Assembly: GCA_003576755.1 (NCBI GenBank)
Contig: QEVT01000001.1
Location: forward strand, 641 to 64,640
Length of the DNA: 64,000 nucleotides
Direction of reading: 5' to 3'
DNA from: a bacterium
Lineage (GTDB): Bacteria; Chloroflexota; Anaerolineae; Epilineales; Epilineaceae
Made by a program: the position numbers and the translations under genes. Shown here in pieces: positions 39,015-50,100 of the stretch. The notes below the pieces were generated by a model, which saw nothing but the letters and a program-made list of their open reading frames with translations, did no database searches and was not told the origin of the DNA. How positions within the stretch are numbered: the first letter of the stretch is position 1; every line of letters starts with the position of its first letter.

Positions 39015-41564
39015 GTGATGCAAACGGGCGATCCGCGCTGGCGGCCCTACCTGCCCCTGACGCTCTTGGTGTTCGTCGTGGTCGTGCTCGGCCTCGCCGC
39101 CCAAGGCGGTGCGCCGGTTCACGCCCAGGCCTGCCCGCCGTATTGCCAGACCCCCGTCATCACGCCGGCCTGGCACCTGCACATGTGCGACGAGCCCTAT
39201 CAGGAGCAGCTCGACGACAACCACTGCATGCGCGGGCCGGGTGTCACCGAGTTCCCGGCCGGCACCAGCCGGGTCTACATCATCTACTGCCACCAGCTGT
39301 CCGACACCGTCGTCGTGCAGGTCAAGGATTCCGGCGGGGGGCTGCAGTTCGTCAACCACCCCGACGGCATCACGTACAGTGGGAACGGCTGCGAGACGCT
39401 GATCTACCAGCACCCCAACCAGATCCCGCCGGCCGGAAGCCCGTACTACACGTCGGCGTGGTGGCCGGAGGGCCCGTTCACCGGCGTCGGGGCCGGCATC
39501 GAGTGGTACATCGGCCTGTTCCTGGCCTTCGACCACGAGACGTACTACGGCAACAGCGCCGAGGCCTATCTGACGGCACGCGATCCCGCCGCGAACGCGG
39601 ACCCGACGGTCCGCGAGGTCATCACCGTGCAGGTCTCGAGCACGAGTGACCCGACCGGCATCGCCATGGCGCTCCGCGAGCAGTCGCCGGGGTCGAGCGT
39701 GTTCAAGTCCGACACGCCGCTGCGCTTCTCGCAGTTCGCGTCCAACGCGGCGCAGGGCGTGATCCGGGTGGCCAACCGCGACGTCATCACGGCCCGCTAC
39801 TGCCCGCGGAGCTGCACCACGCCGTACGTCGACACCGCCACGTGGTACCAGCTAGAGGTGACCATCACGCCCACGCCGCTGCCGACGTGGGAGGGTCCGC
39901 CCCCCACGCCGACCAACACGCCGCCGCCGGACCTGCCCGTGCAGTACATGACGCTCCGCCCGGCGCCTGCGGACGTGGGCTATGCCCCTCAGATCGGCTC
40001 GAACAAGGACCGCCCCAACCATCTCGGATACCCCACGATCTACGCCGGCATGTGGACGCACGGCCGCAACCTGCACCACGGCATGGTGCAGTTCGACCTG
40101 TCGGATCTGCCGCCGGGCGCCATCGTCCGCGAGGGGCGCCTCGACCTCGTGGGGCGCGAGAGCCGATACACCAAGCCGGGCGCATGGGCCATCCAGCTCC
40201 TCGACGCCAGCATCGACGCCGGCTGGCGCGACGCGTCGTACGAGCGCGTCCACAGCACCACGGTGCTCGAGCGGCTCGAACCGGTGCTGCAGGACCACGA
40301 CCTCGGCGTGGGTCGGCGCAACAGCTTCGGCTTGTCGGCCGCTGCGGTCGGCCACCTCAACGCGCGCCTGGCCACCACGCGCCGCGCGAGCTTCCGGGCC
40401 GACGGCCCGGCCGGCGAGGACAACAACCTGTTCGCCTGGGAGTCGGGCGTCGACGTGTACAACCGCGCGACCGAGCCTCCCGATCCGGCGCTCGGCCCGG
40501 CGCTGCACCTGGCGTACGTGGTGGTGCCCGAGACGACTCCGACACCGCTCGCGACGACCCCCCTCGCGTCGCCGGGCACGACCGCGAGCGCCACGCCGAC
40601 GGCGCCGACTCCGATCCTGCCGACCGCCGGCGCGAGCACCTCGCCGACGGCCACGCGCACCCCGACGGTCGGCGCTTCGGGCACTCCCGCGGCGCCGCCC
40701 ACCCCCGGCCCCGGCACGCCGTCGGCCTCGCCGACGCCGGCATCCACCGCTGCCGTGGTGGCCACGCCGACGGCGACCGGCCCCGCCAACCAGCGGCAGG
40801 TGTGCGTGGTGGCGTTCGACGACCGCGACGGGGATGGCCGGCTCGGGCCCGGCGAGCGTTTCCTGGCAGGCGTGACGTTGCGGTTGACGCATGTCCGCAC
40901 CGGCGTGTTCGACAGCTGGACGACCGACGGCGCGAACGACCCCGACTATTGCTGGAACGGTCTCATCGACGGGCCGTACACGTTGAAGGCCGTCTCGCTG
41001 CCGCGTGGCCATGTCGGAAGCGGCGTGCTCGAGCACGCGTTCGAGGTGCCGTTCCCCGGCGCCCCGGCCCGCTACACCTTCGGTGCCCGGCGCCCCGAGG
41101 TGCCGACGCCGACGCCGACGCCGATGCCGACGCGTCCGCCCACCCCTACGCCGTCGCCGACCCTGTCGCCGACACCGTCGCCCGAGCCGACCGTGGACGG
41201 GCCGAGCGGCGAGATCTGCCTGGGGGTGTTCGACGACCGCAATCACGACGGCGCGCGGGCAGCGGGCGAGCCGTGGCTCGAGGGCATGCGGGTGCGCGTG
41301 CTGGCCGAGGACCGCCAGGAGGTGCGGGTGCTGGCCTCGCGCTCGGATGGGCCGCGGTGCACGCGCCTGGCGGCCGGCGTCTACTACGCGGGGATCGCTG
41401 CGCCCGAAGGATGGATCGTGATCACGCCCCGCGAGGAAGCGGTGCTCCTCACCGACGGCGTGCGCCGGACCGTGGTGTTCGGGGTGTACCGCCCGGGCGG
41501 CGTGTGGCGTGCCTTCATGCCGTGGGCTCGCCGCGACGTCCTCCGCCCGCGCGGTGGCCGATAG
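39015..41564 (+). CDS. Secreted multi-domain protein (signal peptide, PT-rich linkers, two SdrD-B/carboxypeptidase-regulatory-like domains, one copy of an unassigned 'QFDL...LPxGA' module)
   Basis: N-terminal TM/signal. VCVVAFDDRDGDGRLGPGE and CLGVFDDRNHDGARAAGE Ca-binding-like repeats. The module VQFDLSDLPPGAIV is shared with the S8 protease at 47183-50914. Confidence 0.6.
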   Translation: MMQTGDPRWRPYLPLTLLVFVVVVLGLAAQGGAPVHAQACPPYCQTPVITPAWHLHMCDEPYQEQLDDNHCMRGPGVTEFPAGTSRVYIIYCHQLSDTVVVQVKDSGGGLQFVNHPDGITYSGNGCETLIYQHPNQIPPAGSPYYTSAWWPEGPFTGVGAGIEWYIGLFLAFDHETYYGNSAEAYLTARDPAANADPTVREVITVQVSSTSDPTGIAMALREQSPGSSVFKSDTPLRFSQFASNAAQGVIRVANRDVITARYCPRSCTTPYVDTATWYQLEVTITPTPLPTWEGPPPTPTNTPPPDLPVQYMTLRPAPADVGYAPQIGSNKDRPNHLGYPTIYAGMWTHGRNLHHGMVQFDLSDLPPGAIVREGRLDLVGRESRYTKPGAWAIQLLDASIDAGWRDASYERVHSTTVLERLEPVLQDHDLGVGRRNSFGLSAAAVGHLNARLATTRRASFRADGPAGEDNNLFAWESGVDVYNRATEPPDPALGPALHLAYVVVPETTPTPLATTPLASPGTTASATPTAPTPILPTAGASTSPTATRTPTVGASGTPAAPPTPGPGTPSASPTPASTAAVVATPTATGPANQRQVCVVAFDDRDGDGRLGPGERFLAGVTLRLTHVRTGVFDSWTTDGANDPDYCWNGLIDGPYTLKAVSLPRGHVGSGVLEHAFEVPFPGAPARYTFGARRPEVPTPTPTPMPTRPPTPTPSPTLSPTPSPEPTVDGPSGEICLGVFDDRNHDGARAAGEPWLEGMRVRVLAEDRQEVRVLASRSDGPRCTRLAAGVYYAGIAAPEGWIVITPREEAVLLTDGVRRTVVFGVYRPGGVWRAFMPWARRDVLRPRGGR

Positions 41565-41743
41565 CCGTGCGCCTCGGTGTCCGGGGCACCTCGCGAGCGG
41601 GCGGCCGATGGTCCCCACCAGGCCGATGTGCTATGCTCTTGGACTCGATGCGCAACCCTACCGCGGGCGATCGCCGGGTTGGCTCCGCCCGCCGCCGTGC
41701 CCCAGCCGCCTACCGTAAGCCCGCTTGCAGGAGGTAGACCCGC

Positions 41744-42589
41744 ATGAAGTCGCTTCGCATCGCGTTGCTCGCCCTCGGGTTGACGCTGACGTGCCAGCCC
41801 GCCGCGGCCCGCCCCGGGGCAGGCCCCGACGACGAGAAGGTCCGCATCTCCGACCTTCGCCTGGCGCGCACGCCCGACGCGGCCCAGGGCAGCGTGATCT
41901 TCCCGGAAGACACCCGCGAGCTCTTTGTCAGCTTCGCGTATGCCGGCGGCACCAGCGAGCCCGTGACGTTCATCGTCATCGGCCCGGGCGGCGTCGAGGC
42001 CGCCCGCTTGACCGGCCGTTACCGCGGCGACGGCACGGCCACCCTCAAGATCAGCGGTGCCGACATGCTCCGTCGGCTGTCGCAGGCGCTCGACGAGGCC
42101 GTGCGTGCCGGACAGGCCAACGCGCGCGACGCCGCGGCGCAAGCCGTCGGCCCGCGCGAGTACCTTCTGACGACCCAGTACCACGTGCACCGCGCCATCC
42201 AGACCCTTGACCTTCTGAACCACGCCCAGCTCGGACCCGACCTCGACCCACCGCTGCGCCTTGTCGGCGATCGGTTGTCGGTGCTCTCCGCCTTGGTGGG
42301 CGATGCCCTGCGTCTGCCGCCCGACGAGATCCAGGCGATGCGCGCCGCCGCCCAGAAGATGTCCGCACCGTTCGCGCAGGCCGTCGGCGCGTCGGGCAGC
42401 GTGGTCACCGGAGCCACGCCGGTCAAGGATGCGGTGCTGCCCAGCACGGGCACCGATGCTCGCCGTGCCTACACCCTGAACGTCGAGATCAGCGGCGACC
42501 CGTCGAACAGCCTGGAGTTTTGGGTGCAGCGCACCACCAAGCTCTACCTGCCCAACACCCGCCTGCGTCACGTCGAGCCCGGCCGCTGA
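41744..42589 (+). CDS. Secreted hypothetical protein, paralog family member A
   Basis: GGAGG RBS and a signal peptide. The N-terminal domain motifs (DLRL..., FVSFAYAGG, GDGTAT) are shared with the next three genes. Confidence 0.5.
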   Translation: MKSLRIALLALGLTLTCQPAAARPGAGPDDEKVRISDLRLARTPDAAQGSVIFPEDTRELFVSFAYAGGTSEPVTFIVIGPGGVEAARLTGRYRGDGTATLKISGADMLRRLSQALDEAVRAGQANARDAAAQAVGPREYLLTTQYHVHRAIQTLDLLNHAQLGPDLDPPLRLVGDRLSVLSALVGDALRLPPDEIQAMRAAAQKMSAPFAQAVGASGSVVTGATPVKDAVLPSTGTDARRAYTLNVEISGDPSNSLEFWVQRTTKLYLPNTRLRHVEPGR

Positions 42590-42930
42590 GCCCTTGAGCC
42601 GTGATCGTCCATTTGGCCTTCGGCGCTCGCACGCCTAACATTGAGCGACCGACACGGCCTCGCACCACGGCGCTCACCAACGGTGCGGGGCCGTTGCTTG
42701 GGCCGGGCTCCGCGCCAAGGGGCGGCGCCTGCTCACAGCCACCTAAGCCGCCTTTCATCCGAAGCTTAGCTGGAACCTCGAAACTGCCACCGACGACGGC
42801 GCGCGCCATGCCCCGGAGCGCGCCGCGCGGCCGCCACAGCGGCCAGGCCGGCTCACCGGCACCGCCCGTTCCGGCGCTGGCCTTCCATGGCCCCGCCCGG
42901 CGCCGTGGCCGAGAGTCCAGGGAGGAGGGA

Positions 42931-43575
42931 ATGTTCAGCATGAAGACGCATCGGCCGCTCGCCGCCGTGGCGCTGGCCGTCGCCGTGATCGCCATGTGGG
43001 TGCCTCGGCCCGCCGCCGGCCAGGCCACCGTAGCCGACCTTCGTCTGGTGGCCGACGCGAGCGGCACGCCGATCGAACCCGCGCCGGCGCCACCCGGCGA
43101 GAAGCTCTACCACTTCGACACCGGCGTCGACAAGATCCACGTGGCCTTCGACATCGACGGCGCCGAGCCCACCGAGGTCGAGATCCGCATCACCGGCCTC
43201 ATGGGCGCGATCCTGTACCAGGAACCGTTCTCGTACGACAGCCCCGGCACCAAGATCGTGACCTTCGACAACAAGGGTGTGGCGCTCGAGGACAACGAGT
43301 ACGTCGTCAACGCGTATGTCGGCGCCGATCGTTACCTCGCCGACAGCCTCCAGCTCACCATCGGTCAGGCGGTGATCCCGACGTCGCAAGTCGGCGCCCA
43401 GGCGCCGTCCGTGCCCACGCCGCAGGCGACGCTGGGGGCCACCAGCGGCCCGACGACGGGTTCCGCAGGCACGGGCCCGCTGTCCGGATGGACGCTCGTG
43501 GCGGCCGTCGCCGGGATGCTGGCGCTCTTCGGCGTGGTGGTCTGGGCCGGCTGGTCGGCGATGAGGCGCGGGTGA
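42931..43575 (+). CDS. Secreted hypothetical protein, paralog B, with C-terminal TM anchor
   Basis: GGAGGAGG RBS, a signal peptide, ADLRLV...KLYHFDTG, and a C-terminal hydrophobic helix plus an RRG tail. Confidence 0.5.
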   Translation: MFSMKTHRPLAAVALAVAVIAMWVPRPAAGQATVADLRLVADASGTPIEPAPAPPGEKLYHFDTGVDKIHVAFDIDGAEPTEVEIRITGLMGAILYQEPFSYDSPGTKIVTFDNKGVALEDNEYVVNAYVGADRYLADSLQLTIGQAVIPTSQVGAQAPSVPTPQATLGATSGPTTGSAGTGPLSGWTLVAAVAGMLALFGVVVWAGWSAMRRG

Positions 43576-43604
43576 GGCCCGCCCGTGAAGGAGGACTGCT
43601 AGCC

Positions 43605-44921
43605 ATGCACAAGCCCGCGTTCACCGTTGCTGCCGCCGCGGCCGCCATATGGCTGGCCGGAGCCACCTCGGCGCAGGCGCTCGCCAAGGTCGACCAGGTG
43701 CGTGCCAGCCTCACCGAAGGCGCGTCCGACGCGTTCCCGTTCCCGGTCGGCGGCACGGCGTCGATTCCGAGCGGATCCGAGAAGCTGTACGTCACCTTCG
43801 ACTACACGGCGGCGGCGCGCGACGACATCGGCGTCGAGATGAAGTCCGGGGGTCTCCTGGTCTTCCGATCGACCAAGCGCTACACCGGCAGCGGCACGGC
43901 AACCGTGGAGGTGACGGGGCTGGCGGTGTTCCAGGAGTTGACCGACCAGATCGCCGACTACGCCGACGCCTGCCAGGACAACATCGACAACGCGCGCAAG
44001 AGCGGCAACCGCGAGTACGTGCAGAACACCATCGGGCTCGTCAACTCCATTCGGACGGCGCTTCAAATCGTGGACCGTGCGGGCCTGGGCGGCGATTTCA
44101 AGACCAGCCGCGACAGCTTGGATGCCGCGCTCGGCAAGCTCGAAGACCTGTCCAACGACCTGCCCGGCGGCGCCAACACCGATGCCATCAAGGCGTTGGC
44201 GGCTCAGATGGAGCCTTATGTGGCCCAGGCCTCGGAGGCCGCCATCAGCCTGGACAAGGCGGGCCAGTCGGCCACGGCGGTCGCCCTGCCGGACACCGGC
44301 ACCGACCGTGGTGCCGCGTGGACCATCAACGTGACCGTCGGCGGCTCGCCGGCCTACTCCGGCGAGCTGTGGATCACCAGCCAGGCAGTCGCCCAGCCGT
44401 CGGCGACGGTTGCCAGCGGCGCCACCGCCGTCCCCGGCCAGGCCACCCGCACCAGCGCGCCTGCCGCTGGCAACGCCCCCACGGCCACGCCAGCGCCGGG
44501 AGCCACCGCGGCGGGTGGGCGCAACCCGTCGTCCGACCAGGGCCGGACCGCTTCTTCGGGGAGCGCCGCGACGTCGGCGGCGGGTCGGGCGACCGCCCCG
44601 GCCGGCGGTGCGGGGACCGGCTTCGCGACCCTCGACCAGCCCTCCGCCCCCGCGGCCGCCATCGAGCCGACGGTGCCATCGGTGTCGGACGCGCCCACCG
44701 GGGGCGACGAACCGGCCGCGTCGACGCTGGAGGCACCCGCGCCCGTCGCCACGTGGACGCTGCCGGCGGGCGCCGCTGCCGCGGGAGACACGCGCCCGGC
44801 GGCGCCGACGGACGAGGACACGCCGGTGGCGCCGGGCGGCGCCGGCCCCAGCCTCGCCGTGCTCGGCCTCGGCGTGATGGCCTTGATGGCCATCGGGCTC
44901 TGGCTGCGCCGACGGATGTGA
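43605..44921 (+). CDS. Secreted hypothetical protein, paralog C, with low-complexity Ala/Thr/Pro region and C-terminal TM anchor
   Basis: GAAGGAGG RBS, a signal peptide, KLYVTFDY...GSGTATVEV, and a C-terminal LAVLGLGVMALMAIGLWLRRRM. Confidence 0.5.
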   Translation: MHKPAFTVAAAAAAIWLAGATSAQALAKVDQVRASLTEGASDAFPFPVGGTASIPSGSEKLYVTFDYTAAARDDIGVEMKSGGLLVFRSTKRYTGSGTATVEVTGLAVFQELTDQIADYADACQDNIDNARKSGNREYVQNTIGLVNSIRTALQIVDRAGLGGDFKTSRDSLDAALGKLEDLSNDLPGGANTDAIKALAAQMEPYVAQASEAAISLDKAGQSATAVALPDTGTDRGAAWTINVTVGGSPAYSGELWITSQAVAQPSATVASGATAVPGQATRTSAPAAGNAPTATPAPGATAAGGRNPSSDQGRTASSGSAATSAAGRATAPAGGAGTGFATLDQPSAPAAAIEPTVPSVSDAPTGGDEPAASTLEAPAPVATWTLPAGAAAAGDTRPAAPTDEDTPVAPGGAGPSLAVLGLGVMALMAIGLWLRRRM

Positions 44922-45135
44922 TGTCGGCGCCCCTGCCGGCCGTCGCGGCAGCGATGGCGGGCAGGCGGTCCGCGGCGGCGCCGGCATCGACGTGCCGGCG
45001 GCCCCGCGTCTCGAACGTCGGTCGCAGCCATCGCGCCGCGCGATGGCTGCGAATGGCCCCGCTCGGCCTGCTTTCTGCGGCGACCTTCAGCCTGCACACC
45101 TGACACGACCCATGCAAACCAGTAAGGAGTCTTCC

Positions 45136-46971
45136 ATGCACCGCCTCTCCCCTGCCCTCGTGGCGGCACTGGCGCTGACGACGGCGCTGGCCGGCATGTC
45201 GTGGGCCTCGCGCGCCGCTGCATCGGCGCCGGCTCCCGGCACGGACGGCACGGCCCAGCAGACCAGCCTCGAGGTCTTCATGAGCGACGCCGCGGACGGT
45301 CCGCGCCGGCACAGCTTCGCCAGCACCACCGGCAGTGTCTTCGCCGTGGTGGCGCACACCAATGCCGCCGGCGAGCGTTACCGGATTCGCATCCGAGACC
45401 TGTCGGGCATCACCGTCAAGGTCCACGACACCGACGCCTTGCGCGGGGACGGGCGCGCCACCGTCAGTGTCGGCGCCGCCGACTTCGTGGCGAGCTACAA
45501 GGGTGCGGTGGCCACGGCCGGCACCTTGCTTCGCGAGAACGGCACCAAGCTCACCGCCAAGTGCGCCAGCATCCCCTCGGGCAGCGAGTTCGAGGAATGG
45601 CGCAAGGACATGCTCAGCACGGTGGAGTCGTCGCGCACGGCCACGACCGAGGTGACCAAGACGCTGCAGGCGGTGTTGGTGATGCCGGACGCGGGGGCGA
45701 TCGAGGGCATCCAAGCGGCCGTCGGTCAGTCGAGCGCCACGTTGGGCGAGGGCCATGCCAAGCTTGGCGACGCCAAGCTGAAGCTCCAGCCGGCCACGGG
45801 CCGACCGGACGCGCCAGCCGCGTGCACGCTGCTCGGCGAGGCCAACGCCAAGACGATCGCCGGGCTCGACCAGGGCGATTCGGCCCTCGCCCTGTTGCCG
45901 GCCGACACGTCCGGCTGGCGGCTGCCCAAGACACAGGCGATCTACAACGGCACGCAGTTCCGCTTCTGCACGCAGTACACGACCGACATCGCGGCGATCA
46001 AGAACAACCAGGCGGGCGACACCGCCGCGTCGAGCTCGTGGTCGGTCGGCGATGCCGGACCGCCGGCGCTGATGTTCCAGAGCCCGCGCGACGTCGGCGA
46101 GGCTGGCAAGCTTCGCCTCAGCTACGATGGTGACGCCGACGCCATGTATGCCCAGACGGTCACGGTGCCCGGTGTGAACCGCTCGGCGAGCGTGACGGCC
46201 TTCGTCACCGATGCGCAGTGCATCCCTGTCGACGGGGTCGACGTCACGTTAAGCGTCGAGCCCTCGACGGCGGGGTCGGTGACGCCCGCCCGGGTCACCG
46301 CGTCCGACGGCGTGGTGCAGGCGACCGTCGCCAGCGGCAACGAGGCCGCGCTGGCCAAGGTCAATGCCGTGGTGTGCGTCGGGCCGTGCGGCGAGGGCGG
46401 CAACGACGTCAAGGGCAGCGCGTCGTTCGACGTGATCGGCACCACGAAGAACCCGGACCTCAAGATCATCCCGCATACTCGGCTCAACCCGCTCAGCAGC
46501 GTCGTCGCCTACCGCAAGGGCATGATCTCGGCGTTCCCGAAGGACGCGTTCAGCCGATCGGTGGCGCCGGGCACGACCATGGTGGTGCGGATTCAGTCCG
46601 GCCCTGGTGAGCTGGCGTACAACCGCACGCGCATCGTGAACGGGCGCCCGGTCGGCGACGAGCAGGTCATCGTCTTGGGCAAGAAGGCCGACCTCTTGGT
46701 CATGGACAACGGCACGACGCGCATCCCGCCGGGCGAGCCGGGGTACAGCTACGGCAACCTCTACCTCCAGAAGGGCAGCGACGGCGAGGGCAAGCTGGTG
46801 TTGTCGGCCGAGGCGGACGGTGTCTCCCAGACACTCGAGTACGAGATCGCCAGCCGGATGTCGATCTACCTTCCGATCGCTGCCAAGTCGTACGACATCC
46901 GCATCCCTTTACCCACGCCGACCCGTCGGCCGCCGCTGCCGACTGAGACGCCCGGCGCTCAGTCGCGATAG
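45136..46971 (+). CDS. Secreted hypothetical protein, paralog D, with Ig-like (Big) region
   Basis: AAGGAG RBS and a signal peptide. RIRIRDLSG...GDGRATVSV N-terminal domain and a later Big-like beta region. Confidence 0.5.
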   Translation: MHRLSPALVAALALTTALAGMSWASRAAASAPAPGTDGTAQQTSLEVFMSDAADGPRRHSFASTTGSVFAVVAHTNAAGERYRIRIRDLSGITVKVHDTDALRGDGRATVSVGAADFVASYKGAVATAGTLLRENGTKLTAKCASIPSGSEFEEWRKDMLSTVESSRTATTEVTKTLQAVLVMPDAGAIEGIQAAVGQSSATLGEGHAKLGDAKLKLQPATGRPDAPAACTLLGEANAKTIAGLDQGDSALALLPADTSGWRLPKTQAIYNGTQFRFCTQYTTDIAAIKNNQAGDTAASSSWSVGDAGPPALMFQSPRDVGEAGKLRLSYDGDADAMYAQTVTVPGVNRSASVTAFVTDAQCIPVDGVDVTLSVEPSTAGSVTPARVTASDGVVQATVASGNEAALAKVNAVVCVGPCGEGGNDVKGSASFDVIGTTKNPDLKIIPHTRLNPLSSVVAYRKGMISAFPKDAFSRSVAPGTTMVVRIQSGPGELAYNRTRIVNGRPVGDEQVIVLGKKADLLVMDNGTTRIPPGEPGYSYGNLYLQKGSDGEGKLVLSAEADGVSQTLEYEIASRMSIYLPIAAKSYDIRIPLPTPTRRPPLPTETPGAQSR

Positions 46972-47061
46972 TCGGCGCCCCTCACGGGTCCTGGGGGTGC
47001 GGCGGCCCGCCGCCGCATCCCCTCTCCGCCGGGGCAACCCGGACCGCTTCACTCAAGTGCA

Positions 47062-47099
47062 CAGCGCCCCCGGGCCGGTCCTCCGGCCCGGGGGCGCTG
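47062..47099. terminator. Bidirectional terminator hairpin (17-bp perfect stem, loop TCCT) between convergent genes
   Basis: cagcgcccccgggccgg-tcct-ccggcccgggggcgctg read directly. It sits between the 45136..46971 (+) stop and the 47183..50914 (-) stop. Confidence 0.6.
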
Positions 47100-47182
47100 T
47101 CGTCACTGCGCGTGTGCGCGAGGATCGCCGGAGGGTGGTCCGCGTCGCCGTCCCCACGCGCCCGCGCCGGGCGCGGATGCGC

Positions 47183-50100
47183 CTACGGCGCCGCGGCTGC
47201 CAGGTCCACCGTCCAGTAGTGGCCGAGCGGCGAGCCCGGCGCGTGGTCGTAGAACGCCCCGATGTGCGTCATCTGCCGGCTCAGGATGCGGTCGCGGTGC
47301 GCCGCCGAGCCCATCCAGGCGGCCACGACCAGCTCGGCGCTGCCGCTGTTGCCGGCGATGAGCTGTTCGACGGCCGAGGCCCGGAAGCCCGCGCGCGCCA
47401 CGCGCTCGGCCGGCGTGGAGCCGTCGCTGCCGATGTGGTCGAAGAAGCGGTGTGACGTCATGTCCCAAGTGTGCTGTTCGGCCGCGCGGCGGAGCGCTGC
47501 GCTCAGGGCCAGGCCCGGCAGCCCTGCCTTGGCCCGCTCGGCGTTGATGCCGTCGACGATGGCCTGGATGCGCTGCTCGTCGGTGGGCACGTTCGGCAGC
47601 GGCTGGTCGCTGCGCGGCGGGCCGTAGACGATCGACAGGCGGGGTGGCGTGCCGCTGGGACCGGCGTCCCAGCTGAAGATGTTGCTCGGCCCCACGCGCG
47701 GCCCGTCGAAACGGAAGCTGACCTTGCCCGTCGTGGCAGCCCGCCACTCGACCTCGCGCACCTCGCTCTCGCGCAGGGCGAACACGTTGGCCCGACCGGC
47801 GTCGAGGTCGCTCTGTCGCAGCACCGGCAGGAGCGTGGCCAGCTCGTCGGCGTCCGAGATGCGGTCGAAGCCGTGGAGCTGCCACCCTGGATCGACGTCG
47901 GCGGCGAGCAGGCGGATCTCCCACTGGCCGTTCCCGTACGGCGACAGCCGTTCGGCATAGTTGCCGGTGAGGATCAGGTGGACTTCCTGGATGCTTGCCC
48001 CGGGCGGGACCGCCGAGAGGTCGAACTGCGTCATGCCGTGGTACACCGTGCGTTGGTAGACGCCGGTGTAGGTGTTGGGGTCGCCGAGGTGGTTGCCGAC
48101 CTCGAACTGCCGGACCCAGCCGGTGTCGGACGGCAGCGCCGGGATGTCGATGGCGTTGAAGCCCGGCGTGGGCGGCGTGACGAGCGGCGGGATCAGGGTC
48201 GCCGTCGGCAGGGCGGTGGGCAGCGGCGGGGGCGCCGTGGCCGTGGCCGTCGGCGGCGGGCTGGTCTCGGTGGGGGTGGGCGACGGGCCCGCGGTGGGCG
48301 GCAGCGGTGTGGCGCTGGGCGGGAGCGGCTCCGTCGCGGTCGCGGTCGGCACGGCCTGCGGCGTGCCGATGGTGTAGTTGATCCAGAGCTCCGGCGCGAG
48401 GTCGATCTGGCTGTCCGGCCCGTAGCCGGTGTGCCACGAGGCCAAGTTGGCGAAGTCGCCCCCCGTGGGGCCGTCCATGCGCAGCGAAAGACGCCGCGAG
48501 CCGGCCAGGCGCGCTTGCAGCACGGCCAGCTGCGACGGGCTCAGGCTGAACACGTTGCGCACCCCGTTGTCGATGTCGTCGGCGTTGAGCAGCGGCAAGA
48601 GCTTGGCATCCACGACGGCGCCGTGGATCCGCGGGTAGGCGTGGGCCTCGAAGCCGGCGTCGACATCGGTCTCGAGCACGTTGACCGACCACGTGCCAAG
48701 CTTGTTGACACGGTCGGAGGGCTGGCCGGTCAGGGTAAGGCGCGCGAAGTGGATGTACGCGCCGGCCGGCAGCTCCCCGAGGTCGAACTGCATGGCGCCG
48801 TGGTAGTACCGGTCGTTCCACGTGCCGGTGTAGGTGTACGAGCTGTCGAAGTGGTTGCCGGTGGGCTCGCTGCTCACGACCCAGCCGATGCGATTGCGCG
48901 CCGGCCGGAGGACGACGTCGACGTGGCCCGGGATCGACGTCGGGATGGCCGTGGGCGGCGGCGGGGTCGGGCTCGCCGCGGGCTTGGTGGGGGTGGGCGT
49001 GCCCGATGGTCGGGGTGGGAGCGTCGGCGACGGGGCCGTGACCCGCGCCGAGCCGAAGTTCACCGCCCAGTAGAAGCGGTAGCCGTCGCTGGTGGTGCGG
49101 CAGCCGGCCCCCACCTCGGTGCAGCGCGGGCACAGGATGATGGCACGGTGCCCGGCGCTGTTCATCCAGGCCTGGACGGCGGCATCCGGTGAGGTCTGCC
49201 CGCAGGCCACGATCTCGCCGTACGGCGAGGCGTAGCCCTGCTCGGTCATGCGGTCGAACGGGTCGCTGCCGTTGGACCCGGTGTGCGTGCAGCGGCGCAT
49301 GATCGCCATGTCGAGGGCGTGGCCGTCGGCGGCGCGGCGCAGCGCCGGGTTGCTGGCCAGTGGGCCGAGGTTGAAGTTCGCCCGCTGACGGTTGATCAGC
49401 CCCTCTACCTGGGCGCTGCAGTCGCCGTTGGGCGGCGGCACCGCCGACGGTGGAGGCGTCGGGGCACCCGGCGTGGCGGTGGACCCGACCGGATTGGGAT
49501 CGGACGTCGCAACCGGCGTCCCCGGGCCGCCGCAGGGGTTCGTCTGCAGCGCAAGGGCCTTGCCGGCGTTGATGCGGCCGGCGCCGAAGTACTGGTCGGG
49601 CCCGCGCGTGCCGATGTCGTCGGCGGTTTGCTCGAGGATCTCCTCGACCTGCTTGGGGGTGCGGCATGGCCCCTGGGCCATCAGCAGGCCGGCCACGCCG
49701 GCCACCACCGGCGACGCCATGCTCGTGCCGCTCCACGCCTGGTAGCTGCCGCCGCGCACGGTCGAGAGGATGCCGACGCCGGGGGCCGCGACGTCGACGT
49801 ACGACCCGTAGTTCGAGAAGCTGGCGCGGGTGTCGGACTGCGTGGTCGCCGCCACGCCGACGACGCCGGTGTACGAGGCCGGGTACGTCGGGTTCGAGGT
49901 CGACTCGTTGCCGGCGGCCGCGATCACCGGCACGTTGCGCCCGATGGCGTAGGCGACCGCGTCCTGCAGCGCGCGCGACGTGAAGAAGCCGCCGAGGCTC
50001 ATGTTGATCACGTCGGCCTCGTGGTCGGCGGCCCAGACGACGGCGTTGCCGATCGCGGCAAGGCCCCCGTTGCCCGAAGACCCGAGGGCCTTGACCGGCA

